A stretch of DNA of 64,000 bases, taken from contig JASFHL010000002.1 in NCBI GenBank assembly GCA_050123235.1, positions 79,326 to 143,325 of the forward strand, given 5' to 3'. Both the position numbers and the translations under genes were made by a program. The notes beneath the pieces are model-generated. The model was not told where the DNA came from and made no database searches. It worked only from the letters and a program-made list of their open reading frames with translations. Shown piece by piece: positions 1 through 10,153 of this stretch (position 1 is the stretch's first letter; each line of letters begins with the position of its first letter). The DNA is from Candidatus Woesebacteria bacterium. Its GTDB lineage: Bacteria; Patescibacteriota; Microgenomatia; UBA1400; PJMF01.

Positions 1-381
1 AAAAAATTTTCTCAGGCCAAAGTTTTTCAGTTCAAACTTAGCAGAATTCTATTTACTTGGCTTGATTCTTTAAATCCCCAAAAAAAACAGAAAAAAAAGC
101 AGCTGGAATTATTACAACAGACTACGCAATATGACGACGAATGGATTTGTTTTTCTATGCTTATTCGCCAAATTAGATTAATGATTCAGGCTAAAGAGGG
201 AGCTAAGATTAAAGGAGCGCCTTTTATGATTACCAAACTTAAAAAACAAGCTCAAGCTTTTTCCTTGACTAAGCTCATTCAGATTCATAAACAATTATTA
301 AAAATTGATTTAGCTCATAAAAGTTCAAACAATTATTTAGACTTAGCTCAAGATTTAAACATACTAACATTGAATTTATGA
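1..381 (+). CDS. holA: DNA polymerase III delta subunit, C-terminal part (runs in from window start)
   Basis: Frame is open from base 1. C-terminus MLIRQIRLMIQAK...PFMITKLKKQAQAFSLTKLIQIHKQLLKIDLAHKS resembles the HolA C-terminal domain. Confidence 0.75.
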   Translation, partial: KKFSQAKVFQFKLSRILFTWLDSLNPQKKQKKKQLELLQQTTQYDDEWICFSMLIRQIRLMIQAKEGAKIKGAPFMITKLKKQAQAFSLTKLIQIHKQLLKIDLAHKSSNNYLDLAQDLNILTLNL

Positions 382-569
382 TAAAGTTGGATTAGTCTAA
401 GCTTAAAACAAGTATCTCTTATTCTTTAATTGTCTTCGTATGAAAAAGTATGATAATATCATTTTTGACACTAAATTGTGATAATAGTTAATTTAAATTA
501 ACTATTTACCAAACAGAAACTAAAAAAAGCTGGAATTATTAAATTCTTAGAAAAATAAAGAAAGGTCTT

Positions 570-1991
570 ATGTATAAAATAGTCCCAAAAATGAATCCTC
601 ACATTTTTCGCGGTTATGATTTGCGTGGCGTGGCTGATGTAGATTTAAGTGAAGACGTTTACTATACTCTAGGACGAGCTTATGCTACTTTTCTCCATCA
701 AAGAAGAATCAAAGAAGCAACTGTAGGCAGGGACAATCGACTCACTGGCCCGGCATACTCCAAAGCTTTTATCAAAGGCCTTAATGATGGAGGAATTGAT
801 ACTGTTGATATTGGCCTTAGTCTCAGTCAAATCACTTATTATTCCTCTTATGAATTCAAAACTAAAGGTAGTGCCATCATCACTGCTTCTCACAATCCTA
901 AAGAATACAATGGTCTCAAACTGGGAGTGGGCTACTCAGACACTATGATTACTGAAGAAATTCAGTATTTGCGAGAATTGGTTGAAAAGGGTAAATTTTG
1001 CAAAGGCAAAGGTAAAAACAGAAAACAAGATATTTTTCCAGCTTATAAAGCTGATATCTTGAAACATTTTGATCTTAAAAAGAAATGGAAAATAGTAGTA
1101 GATGGTTGTAACACCAACGCCGGTAAATTCTATCCTCCAATTTTCAGAGAAGCTGGTGGCACAGTCTTTAAACAAAATTGTGAACTAGATGGTAACTTTC
1201 CGCTAGGTGTACCAGATCCTACGGAGATAGAAGTTTTAGAAAGATTGGCAGAGGGTGTTAAAAAGCATAAAGCTGACATTGGTTTTGCCTATGACAGTGA
1301 CGGAGACAGAATGGCTGTGGTTGATGAAAAGGGGCAAGTTTTGTGGATGGATACCATTGTGGCCTTATTTGCTAAAGACATCTTAGATTTCATGCCTGGT
1401 AGCCCAATTGTTTATAACACCCTTTGTTCTAGACAGGTGACGGAAGCTATCGAAGACGGAGGTGGTGAAGCTGTGATGTGGATGACCGGACATTCGTTTA
1501 TTAAAGCTAAAGTTAAAGAAGTTAGATCTCCTTTTGGAGGAGAACTTTCTGGTCATATTTTCTTTATGGATAATTTTTATGGGCATGATGACGGAGCTTA
1601 TGCTAGTTTGAGGTTACTGCAATATCTAGAAAGAAAAAAGATGACTCTTAGTCAAGCTGTTAATCAACTTAGTCATTACGTAAGTAGCCCAGAAATTAAA
1701 CTTGGCTTAGCTGATGCAATCAAATTTAAATTCATTGATAGCAAAATCAGAGCTGAATTTAAAAAACAATGGCCAAATGCTAAATTTGTAGATATCGATG
1801 GCATCAGAATGGATACTAGAAATGAGATGGCTATTGTTAGAGCATCACAAAATGGGCCATATATCACTGTTAAGTTTGAAGGAAAAACTCAGGCCCAATA
1901 TGATAAAGTTAAAAAAATACTCAAAACTATTTTGAGTAAATATAAAGAAGTTGATTGGTCTACAGGTGTTAACACCCATTCCCTAGATTAA
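570..1991 (+). CDS. Phosphomannomutase/phosphoglucomutase
   Basis: IFRGYDLRG, catalytic TASHNP, metal loop DSDGDR, GGELSGH. Confidence 0.95.
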   Translation: MYKIVPKMNPHIFRGYDLRGVADVDLSEDVYYTLGRAYATFLHQRRIKEATVGRDNRLTGPAYSKAFIKGLNDGGIDTVDIGLSLSQITYYSSYEFKTKGSAIITASHNPKEYNGLKLGVGYSDTMITEEIQYLRELVEKGKFCKGKGKNRKQDIFPAYKADILKHFDLKKKWKIVVDGCNTNAGKFYPPIFREAGGTVFKQNCELDGNFPLGVPDPTEIEVLERLAEGVKKHKADIGFAYDSDGDRMAVVDEKGQVLWMDTIVALFAKDILDFMPGSPIVYNTLCSRQVTEAIEDGGGEAVMWMTGHSFIKAKVKEVRSPFGGELSGHIFFMDNFYGHDDGAYASLRLLQYLERKKMTLSQAVNQLSHYVSSPEIKLGLADAIKFKFIDSKIRAEFKKQWPNAKFVDIDGIRMDTRNEMAIVRASQNGPYITVKFEGKTQAQYDKVKKILKTILSKYKEVDWSTGVNTHSLD

Positions 1992-1994
1992 ATC

Positions 1995-2510
1995 ATGCAT
2001 AAATTTTATACTCAAAATTACAAATTCTGCCCCAGATGCAAGAATAAGTTAGTGAAGGAGGAAGGGGCACTACGTTGTTATCAATGTGGTTTTGTGGTCT
2101 ATAGTAATCCAGCTGCAGCGGTAGTAGTTATTGTTATTCAAGATAAAAAAATCTTGCTGGCTAAAAGAGCAATTGAACCTCTAAAAGACTACTGGGATAA
2201 TCCTGGTGGTTTTGTTGATTTTAGTGAAAACATAGAAGATACAGTTATTAGGGAAGTCAAAGAGGAGACTAATCTCACTGTAGCAATTGAAAAATATTTA
2301 AGCTCTGAGCCAGATCAATATGGCCCAGAGGGCGCTCCTGTGATAAATTTATTTTATTATGCAAAAATTTTATCAGGTGAAATGAAAGCATTAGATGATG
2401 TGGCAGAACTAAAATGGTTTTCATTAGATGAAACTCCAAAAAAGCTAGCTTTTAAGAATACCAAGCGTTCTATTCAATTTGCAAAAAAAATAATCAATGA
2501 AAAAAAGTAA
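1995..2510 (+). CDS. NUDIX hydrolase with N-terminal zinc ribbon
   Basis: CPRC...CYQC followed by Nudix box GGFVDFSENIEDTVIREVKEETNL. Confidence 0.9.
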   Translation: MHKFYTQNYKFCPRCKNKLVKEEGALRCYQCGFVVYSNPAAAVVVIVIQDKKILLAKRAIEPLKDYWDNPGGFVDFSENIEDTVIREVKEETNLTVAIEKYLSSEPDQYGPEGAPVINLFYYAKILSGEMKALDDVAELKWFSLDETPKKLAFKNTKRSIQFAKKIINEKK

Positions 2511-3273
2511 ATATTTGGAAACTGCTATCAAAGCTGCCAAGGAAGCGGAGAAAATCATTCTTAAATACTATAAAAAGAAAAATAGGATTTCACTAAAAAA
2601 GGATTTATCTCCTGTCAGCATTGCCGATCAAAAAGCTGAAGAAGCAATTATCAAGACAATTAGAGCAGTCTTTCCTGAGCATAATATCTTGGGAGAAGAG
2701 GGAGGCGATAGAAAAAAACAATCTGAATTTACTTGGATTATTGACCCGATTGATGGAACTAAAAGTTACTTGCGTCACATTCCACTTTTTGCAACAGAAA
2801 TTGCTTTGATGAAGAGTGAAGAAATCATCGTTGGAGTATCTAATGCTCCTGCTTTGAAAGAATTCCTTTATGCAGAAAAAGGGAAAGGAGCTTTTTGTAA
2901 TGATAAAAAAATTTTAGTTTCTAATATTGATAAATTATTTGAAGCGTATTTTAGTTTTGGCGGCTTAAAATATTTTAAAAGGGCTGACTTAATCTCTCAA
3001 CTTGTATCGTTATCTAAGAGCAATCGTGGCTTTAGAGGCATTGGTGAATTTTGGAGTTATCATCTATTAGCACAAGGTAAAATAGATGTGATGATTGAAG
3101 CCTGTGGCACTAAGATATGGGATTTTGCTGCTCTGACTCTTATTGTTAAGGAAGCTGGTGGTAAAGTAACAGATATCAATGGCAATGATATTAATATTAA
3201 AACCGACTCTATTATCGCTACTAATGGTAAATTACATCAAAAAATAGTTGATCGTTTCAAAAAAATAAACTAA
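2497..3273 (+). CDS. Inositol monophosphatase family protein (HisN/SuhB-like)
   Basis: GEE, WIIDPIDGT and WDFAA motifs. Confidence 0.9.
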   Translation: MKKSKYLETAIKAAKEAEKIILKYYKKKNRISLKKDLSPVSIADQKAEEAIIKTIRAVFPEHNILGEEGGDRKKQSEFTWIIDPIDGTKSYLRHIPLFATEIALMKSEEIIVGVSNAPALKEFLYAEKGKGAFCNDKKILVSNIDKLFEAYFSFGGLKYFKRADLISQLVSLSKSNRGFRGIGEFWSYHLLAQGKIDVMIEACGTKIWDFAALTLIVKEAGGKVTDINGNDINIKTDSIIATNGKLHQKIVDRFKKIN

Positions 3274-3322
3274 GAACAAAATGATTCCAAAAATAACAAC
3301 TAAATTAGATAGAATACTTAAT

Positions 3323-4423
3323 ATGAAAAAACAAAGCAGTAAAAAAATCAATAAATCTATTCTTGATAGTCGTCAGGCAATCGCTAAGATCGACAAATCA
3401 AATGTCTTAGGTTCAGTTGAAGCTTTAGCTGATCAAATAAAACATATCTGGGAAATCGCTGATCAGAGTTTAAGCTTTAAAAGTAAAAACGAAATAGAAA
3501 ATGTAGTAGTGACTGGCATGGGTGGCTCTGCACTAGGGCCAGATGTAGTTAAGTATCTTTTTAAGGAAAAATTAGATCTTCCCTTTGAAGTAGTCAATAG
3601 TTATACCCTTCCTAATTATGTCAATCAACACAGTTTGGTCATCCTTTCGAGCTATTCAGGCACTACTGAAGAGGTCTTAGCTTGTAGCAAAGAAGTAGAG
3701 AAAAAAAATGCCCAAGTCATGGTCATTACTGCTGGTGGTGAATTAAAAAAAATAGCTGAAAAAAAAAGTTATCCCTTATTATTGATCGATCCTAAATACA
3801 ACCCTTGTGGAGAACCAAGAATGGCTATCGGCTATGCTATTTTTGGAATGATTGCTCTTCTTAGTAAAGCAGGCATTATCCAAATCTCAGAAGATGAGAC
3901 CAAAGAAGTGATTACCACTATTATTAGTGTCATAGAAAAATGCAAAGTAGAAGTTGAAGCTGAAAAAAACCAAGCTAAAACTTTGGCTTTTGCCCTTTAT
4001 GATAAAAGACCTATTTTTGTAGCAAGTGAATTTCTTACAGGAGCTGCGCATGTTGCTGCCAATCAATCCAACGAAAATGCCAAAGCTTTTGCTGACTACA
4101 AAATTATTCCTGAAATTAACCACCATCTCATGGAAGGTCTACACTTCCCTAAAAGTAATACCTACAGCCATTTATTTATTTTTTTCAATTCATCACTTTA
4201 TAATCCTAGAAACCAAAAAAGAATGAAACTAACTCAAAGGGTAGTAGAAAAAAATCAGATAGAAACTTTAAGTATCAAACTTGAAAGTGAGAGCAAAATT
4301 ACCCAAGTTTTTGAATTAATCACTCTCACAGCCTACAGTATCTTTTATTTATCCATGCTCGAAAACGTCAACCCGGATGCTATTCCTTATGTAGATTGGT
4401 TTAAAGCTCAGATGAAAAAATAA
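3323..4423 (+). CDS. Bifunctional phosphoglucose/phosphomannose isomerase (SIS domain)
   Basis: GMGGSA, SSYSGTTEE, PRMA, NENAK, PEINHH. Start placed at ATG 3323 (ORF track starts at 3281). Confidence 0.9.
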   Translation: MKKQSSKKINKSILDSRQAIAKIDKSNVLGSVEALADQIKHIWEIADQSLSFKSKNEIENVVVTGMGGSALGPDVVKYLFKEKLDLPFEVVNSYTLPNYVNQHSLVILSSYSGTTEEVLACSKEVEKKNAQVMVITAGGELKKIAEKKSYPLLLIDPKYNPCGEPRMAIGYAIFGMIALLSKAGIIQISEDETKEVITTIISVIEKCKVEVEAEKNQAKTLAFALYDKRPIFVASEFLTGAAHVAANQSNENAKAFADYKIIPEINHHLMEGLHFPKSNTYSHLFIFFNSSLYNPRNQKRMKLTQRVVEKNQIETLSIKLESESKITQVFELITLTAYSIFYLSMLENVNPDAIPYVDWFKAQMKK

Positions 4424-4465
4424 ATTGATTGCATTCAACTTCAAGATACGCTAACATGAATAGTA

Positions 4466-6676
4466 GTGCAAATTCCCACTATTATCAAAGTCCAGGATTT
4501 TCATAGTTATCCCCAGTCTGCCATTGGGCAACTAGCTTTAGTCAAACAAAAACTAAATAAAAACCAAATTCCTTTAGCCCCTACTTTCTGTATTCCCATT
4601 AATACTCTTGAAAAAATAGCAAAGTATAATCAGTTGCCAGCAAAAATTCTTGATTTGCAAACTAGAATCAAAATAGATGATCAAGCTATGCTTGATCGTT
4701 TACTAAAAAAAGTAAAAACTTTAATCACTTATCAAAAATTACCAAAAAGAATTAGTCTACAACTACTGAAATTTCATGACCTAGAAATAAAGAACAACTT
4801 TTTAAACATTTATCCTAGTTATATTAAGCAAGAAATAAATCGTGAAAAATTAGTTCATAAAAACATTATTGGCGAGAGCAATATGCTTGACTCAATTCTC
4901 AATCTTTGGGCTGAATCTCTTACTCAAAAAGATTTGGAAAAAAATAACATTTTTCCTGCAGCTATCATTTTAGAAATTAAATTCCAAGCAAAGGTAGCTG
5001 GCTTAGCTTATACTCTCAATCCACAAAATGCTAATAAAAGGCAGATTTTGATTAAATCAATTTGGGGTAATTTTCATCATTCTATCTTAGAAAATGAAGG
5101 TGACAGTTTTGTCTTGGACCAAAATAATTGGGAAATTATTTACAAAAATATCAAACAACAATTTTTTTATACAGAGCGAATTAGTGATAGACTTGAAGAA
5201 AAAAAATTAAAAAAAGAAAAGCAAAAAATAAGTTCTTTAACAGATGTTGAAGCTATTAATTTAGCTCAAATAGTACAAAAAATTAAACGACTCAATCTCA
5301 AACATCTAGTTATTAGCTGGTATAAAGCCAATCACAAATATTACATCTCAGATGTTCATTCCTATCAGCTGCAAACAAAGATTGAAGACTATTTACAATT
5401 GCCCATTGCTTTGGGCAAAACTATCAACCACGGTTTGATTATCGGCCAAGCTAAGTTTATAGACAAAGCATCAGCACTCAATGATATCAAAACTGACGAT
5501 ATTATTATCTTAGAAAAACTTGATCACAGCTTTCTAAACCAGTTAAGCAAGACAGCTGCCATAATTTGTGAAACAGGCATCAGCACACCTAGTATCTTGC
5601 AAGCTATTAAACAAGCTCAAATACCTTGCCTAACTCAAGTTAAATCAGCTAGAAAAAAAATCAGCAATGGCATGAAAATTCTACTTGATGCTAACCATGG
5701 CAAAGTTTTTCCTCACAAATATCCTTTCAAAGAGGAAAAGCAACAGCAACAACCTTTACTTAATGAATTTTCTAAACAAACAAATCTTAAACTCTATTTA
5801 TCAGCGTCGGTAACTGAATTAGATAAGCTAGATCAGTTGGCTGATGGAATTGGCTTATTAAAAAGTGAAAGCTTGTTTCTTCAAACAGGGGAGCATCCTC
5901 TACATTTAATTAGAAAATGTAGAGAAGATCAAATTAAAAAAACTTTTATTAATCAAATCAAAACTCTGGCTACTAAAATAACTCAAAGGGATTATCCTGT
6001 AATTTATCGTATCCAAACTTTAAACAGCCAAGAATTAAATTCTCTCAAACATGCTGATAATTTTGAAGTAAAAGAAGATAATCCTCACTTAGGTCTGAGA
6101 GGTAGTATCAAAACTGTTCATAATTTTGAAATTTTTGATTTTGAACTTGATCTAATTAGAGAGGCTCAAAAAATCTTACCCCAAATTAAAATTATGCTTG
6201 CTTTTGTTAGAACAGCTGCTGAATTGCAGTTAATTTTAAAGCACGTGCAGCATTCTTCAAAAGATAAGTATAGACAAATCCCAATTTGTCTGGAAATTGA
6301 TACCATTGAAAATATTTTAAATCTCAAATACTATTTACGGCAAAAATTAGCTGCTATTTCTATCAACGTGGAAGAGATAAACGCTTTAATTTATGGCATT
6401 GATCCCTGTAATCATGAAATTAAAAAATTTTATCCAATTGATATCCCCTTACTAGAAACACTCTTGCTTGAAATCGCTCAAGCTAAAAAAGAAGTCTTAG
6501 AAATGACTGATCAGCGAATTCCTGAAATTTATTTACATTTACCAGAAGCAAATGCCGAATTGATCGATATTGCTAGTAAACTAAATTTCACTGCTATCAC
6601 TATCGAGAGCAAGTTTTCAAGTTCAGCAAAAAAGTGTATTATTGAAATAGAGGAATTTACTAAAAAAAATAGTTGA
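4466..6676 (+). CDS. PEP synthase/pyruvate,water dikinase-like protein, catalytic motifs degenerate
   Basis: PpsA-like domain order (AGLAYTLNP, ADGIGLLKSE, EDNPHLGLRG), but the phospho-His, GGKG, VRSS and catalytic Cys motifs are missing. Confidence 0.75.
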   Translation: MQIPTIIKVQDFHSYPQSAIGQLALVKQKLNKNQIPLAPTFCIPINTLEKIAKYNQLPAKILDLQTRIKIDDQAMLDRLLKKVKTLITYQKLPKRISLQLLKFHDLEIKNNFLNIYPSYIKQEINREKLVHKNIIGESNMLDSILNLWAESLTQKDLEKNNIFPAAIILEIKFQAKVAGLAYTLNPQNANKRQILIKSIWGNFHHSILENEGDSFVLDQNNWEIIYKNIKQQFFYTERISDRLEEKKLKKEKQKISSLTDVEAINLAQIVQKIKRLNLKHLVISWYKANHKYYISDVHSYQLQTKIEDYLQLPIALGKTINHGLIIGQAKFIDKASALNDIKTDDIIILEKLDHSFLNQLSKTAAIICETGISTPSILQAIKQAQIPCLTQVKSARKKISNGMKILLDANHGKVFPHKYPFKEEKQQQQPLLNEFSKQTNLKLYLSASVTELDKLDQLADGIGLLKSESLFLQTGEHPLHLIRKCREDQIKKTFINQIKTLATKITQRDYPVIYRIQTLNSQELNSLKHADNFEVKEDNPHLGLRGSIKTVHNFEIFDFELDLIREAQKILPQIKIMLAFVRTAAELQLILKHVQHSSKDKYRQIPICLEIDTIENILNLKYYLRQKLAAISINVEEINALIYGIDPCNHEIKKFYPIDIPLLETLLLEIAQAKKEVLEMTDQRIPEIYLHLPEANAELIDIASKLNFTAITIESKFSSSAKKCIIEIEEFTKKNS

Positions 6677-6742
6677 TAATCTTAATCACTGTTGATTAAG
6701 GAGATTTTGTCTTCTAACAAGTTTAAAAAAAGAAAGTTAATT

Positions 6743-8047
6743 ATGTCTAAAATTCAAACTATTCAAGCCAGAGAGATTATGGATTCGAGAGGTCTCCCTA
6801 CTGTTGAAGTAAGTTTGTGGTTGGAAAATGGGCAATCAGTTACTACTAGTGTGCCAAGTGGTACATCAAAAGGGAAAGATGAAGCCCTAGAATTAAGAGA
6901 TGAAGATCCAGAAAGAATGTTTGGGCAAGGTGTGCTTAAAGCTGTAGAAAATGTAAATAAGGTTCTAGGTCCAAAAATAATTGGTATGGATCCTACTCAA
7001 CAGTTAGAAATTGACCAATTAATGATTAATCTTGACGGTAGTAAAAATAAAAATCAACTAGGAGCAAATGCTATTTTAGCTGTTTCTCAAGCTGTATTAA
7101 AAGCTGGAGCCTTGGCTAGTAATTTACCAGTCTACAGCTATGTACAACAAAAATATCAACTCACAACTGAGCTAGCTATTCCTAATTGTATCTACAGTGT
7201 GGTTAATGGAGGTGAGCATGGAGCTGATAATCTTGATATTCAAGAATTCCAAGTCATAGTTGCCAGTAATTATGATTTCCCAACAGCTTTAGGCATAGTT
7301 GCTACTTTTCAAAAAAAACTAGAAGAAGTGCTAATTATTAAAGGAGCAATTCATTCAGTTGGTCTGTTAGGAGGCTTTACCCCTAATCTTTACAATAACA
7401 CTGACGTATTCGAAATATTAATCGAGACAAGCAAAACTACTGCTTATAAATTCGCCCAAGACATTTTTTTTGGAATTGACGCTTCGGCTTCATCATTCTT
7501 CAGCCACAATAAATATACTTTAAAGGATAAACCTCAACCATATTCTGCTGCTGAATTACTAGAATATTATAAAAATATCAGAAACACTTACAAAGTAATT
7601 TATATTGAAGATCCATTCCAAGAGGATGACAAACAGAGTTGGCAAAATATTACTAATGAAATGGGTGAAACCACCAAAATTGCCGGTGATAGTTTTTTGG
7701 TCACTAATAAAGAAAAAATTGATCAAGCAATCAAAGATAAAAGTTGCAATACCTTAGTAGCCAAACCAAACCAAATTGGTAGCATTAGTGAAACAATAGA
7801 TGTGATCAGTATAGCTAAACAAGCAGGTTGGCAAGTAGCAATATCCCATCGCAGTGGTGAGACTACTGATGATTTAATCGCAGATCTAGCAGTTGGAGTA
7901 GGAGCTGATTTTAGTAAATTTGGACCAATTAACAGAGGAGAAAGAACAGTCAAATATAACCGCTTATTAAAAATTTATCAAGATATTGCTCCTCAAAAAC
8001 AGCCCAATCAAAGTGACTCCCTTCAAAATAATAATGCTCAAACATAA
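6743..8047 (+). CDS. eno: Enolase
   Basis: DSRGLPTVEV, VPSGTS, EALELRD, IEDPF, KPNQIG, SHRSGET. Start placed at ATG 6743. Confidence 0.93.
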   Translation: MSKIQTIQAREIMDSRGLPTVEVSLWLENGQSVTTSVPSGTSKGKDEALELRDEDPERMFGQGVLKAVENVNKVLGPKIIGMDPTQQLEIDQLMINLDGSKNKNQLGANAILAVSQAVLKAGALASNLPVYSYVQQKYQLTTELAIPNCIYSVVNGGEHGADNLDIQEFQVIVASNYDFPTALGIVATFQKKLEEVLIIKGAIHSVGLLGGFTPNLYNNTDVFEILIETSKTTAYKFAQDIFFGIDASASSFFSHNKYTLKDKPQPYSAAELLEYYKNIRNTYKVIYIEDPFQEDDKQSWQNITNEMGETTKIAGDSFLVTNKEKIDQAIKDKSCNTLVAKPNQIGSISETIDVISIAKQAGWQVAISHRSGETTDDLIADLAVGVGADFSKFGPINRGERTVKYNRLLKIYQDIAPQKQPNQSDSLQNNNAQT

Positions 8048-8084
8048 AAATAAACTTAATACTAGTTAATCATTTTTTTAGCTT

Positions 8085-10010
8085 ATGTTAAAAGGCCTGC
8101 TCTCAAAAATTCTTCCGTTTCTAAGTCCAAAACAAAGCACTGCTCCTGATACTGTTGGACAAACACAAGAAGTTGCTAGGCAAACTCCGGTACAAGAGCC
8201 AGTAACTGCTCCGGCTCCTCCTCCTACCCCACAAATTGATACTAGTACCATTACTGTCCCACAAAATTATCAGACTCAATCATCAAGCAATCAAAGCACA
8301 CTGACCGTTGATTCTAAGCTTCAAGCAAAATTTAGCTCGCAACCATTTAATGAAACTGTCTCCAGACAACCCTATCAAGGTCCTAAACCAATGGTGGTAT
8401 TAGTTCTAGATGGTTGGGGAATTGGACCCGACTATGCTGGTAATGCCATCACCTTAGCCAAAACTCCAAACCTTGATAATTTTTGGATTTCTTTTCCGCA
8501 CACTCAACTTACTGCTAGTGGGCAAGCAGTTGGCTTACCTGAAGGAGAAGATGGAAATACTGAAACTGGCCATCTTAATATTGGCGCTGGCACCATTGTC
8601 TATCAAGAATTACCTAGAATTAATAATTCCATCAGACAAGGAGATTTTAACAAAAACCAAGCTTTTCATAATGCTTTTAATCATGTTAGGCAACATAATT
8701 CCAATCTTCATTTATTTGGCCTAATTGGCACTGGCAATGTTCATGCTAATATAGAACATCTTTTTGCTTTACTTGAACTTTGTCGAAAAGAAAATATCAC
8801 TAATGTCTATATCCATACCTTTACTGATGGTAGAGATTCTCCTCCCACCGATGGCATCAGTTATTTAAAACAAATTCAAAATAAGTGTAATAAATTGGGG
8901 ATTGGGAAAATTGCCACTATTATGGGGAGATTTTATGCTATGGATAGAGATAAAAAATGGGATCGTATTGAAAAAGCATATGATGCTATGGTAGTTGGTA
9001 CCAAAAATCAATTCTATGATCCAATAGAGGTATTACAAAAAAGTTATGATCAAAATGTTACTGATGAATTTATAGAACCTGCCAATATTCTTAATGAGGA
9101 TGGTTCATTGAGATTAGTAAAAGATAATGATGCTGTGATCTTTTTTAATTATCGAGTTGACAGACCGCGTGAGTTGACTAGAGCCTTTGTCATGCAAGAT
9201 TTTGAAGAAGGTGTCAAAAAGGAAGACTATGATCCTTTTTATGAAAAGTACCATAAAACAAGCTTGCAGGAGACAGAACACAAAGTAAGTTTAAAAACTT
9301 TTCAAAGAAAAAAGATCATTAATAACTTATTTTTTGTCACTATGACTACTTATGAAAATATTTTACCTTGCGATGTGGCTTTTGCGATGCAGGATATTCC
9401 TCATCATATAGGTAAAACTCTTTCTAACCATGGAATTAGACAGTTGCGAATAACTGAAACTGAAAAAGAAAAATTTGTTACTTCTTTTTTAAATGGCAAA
9501 ATAAAACAAGCTCATCCAGGAGAAGATTGGATAATTTATCCTTCAAAAGGAGTAAAATCCTATGATTCAGTGCCAGAAATGTCTGCCTTTGAAATAAGCA
9601 ATGAGATCATCAGACAAATGCAAACTAACACTTATGACATTATTATTGCCAATATTTGTAATGGTGACATGGTTGGTCATACTGGCAACCTAGAGGCAGC
9701 AATAAAAGCTTGCCAGATTGTAGACCAAGCGGTATCAAATATAGCTAAGGCTGTTCTAGCTAAAAACGGCTTATTAATTATTACTGCTGACCACGGTAAT
9801 GTAGAAGAAATGATTAATTTAGAAACTGGAGCAGTTGATACTAAGCATTCTACCTTCCCTGTGCCTTTTATTGTCATGGCTAATCAACTTAAAAATAATC
9901 CCCAGATGTTGCCAACTGGGATTTTAGCTGATATTTCACCAACTGTTTTAGGTCTCATGAATATCTCTAAACCTGAAGGTATGACTGGACGTAGTTTATA
10001 TAAATTTTAA
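8085..10010 (+). CDS. gpmI: 2,3-bisphosphoglycerate-independent phosphoglycerate mutase with N-terminal low-complexity extension
   Basis: LVLDGWG, GNTETGH, DGRDSPP, GRFYAMDRD, DMVGHTG, TADHGN. Confidence 0.93.
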   Translation: MLKGLLSKILPFLSPKQSTAPDTVGQTQEVARQTPVQEPVTAPAPPPTPQIDTSTITVPQNYQTQSSSNQSTLTVDSKLQAKFSSQPFNETVSRQPYQGPKPMVVLVLDGWGIGPDYAGNAITLAKTPNLDNFWISFPHTQLTASGQAVGLPEGEDGNTETGHLNIGAGTIVYQELPRINNSIRQGDFNKNQAFHNAFNHVRQHNSNLHLFGLIGTGNVHANIEHLFALLELCRKENITNVYIHTFTDGRDSPPTDGISYLKQIQNKCNKLGIGKIATIMGRFYAMDRDKKWDRIEKAYDAMVVGTKNQFYDPIEVLQKSYDQNVTDEFIEPANILNEDGSLRLVKDNDAVIFFNYRVDRPRELTRAFVMQDFEEGVKKEDYDPFYEKYHKTSLQETEHKVSLKTFQRKKIINNLFFVTMTTYENILPCDVAFAMQDIPHHIGKTLSNHGIRQLRITETEKEKFVTSFLNGKIKQAHPGEDWIIYPSKGVKSYDSVPEMSAFEISNEIIRQMQTNTYDIIIANICNGDMVGHTGNLEAAIKACQIVDQAVSNIAKAVLAKNGLLIITADHGNVEEMINLETGAVDTKHSTFPVPFIVMANQLKNNPQMLPTGILADISPTVLGLMNISKPEGMTGRSLYKF

Positions 10011-10077
10011 TTCCTCTTTTTTTCGGTTTTTTTTAAAATTGCCATATTTCTTATCAGTTTGATAATTAAAAATCCAC

Positions 10078-10107
10078 TTGTCAATTCGCTATAGGTTCGG
10101 ATAAGCT
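10078..10107 (+). promoter_or_regulatory. Sigma70-like lexA promoter with a TTCG-N7-TTCG direct repeat in the spacer (candidate LexA operator)
   Basis: TTGTCA (10078) -18 nt- TAAGCT (10102). TTCG at 10085 and 10096. Confidence 0.5.
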
Positions 10108-10153
10108 AAATTTAATTTGGGATATCTTTGCCCAAATAAAAAACAAAGGACAT

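Noticed and set aside
101-541. 14-bp direct repeat AGCTGGAATTATTA (about 101 and 528)
   Set aside because: Only two copies, one inside holA, in AT-rich sequence, with no associated element.
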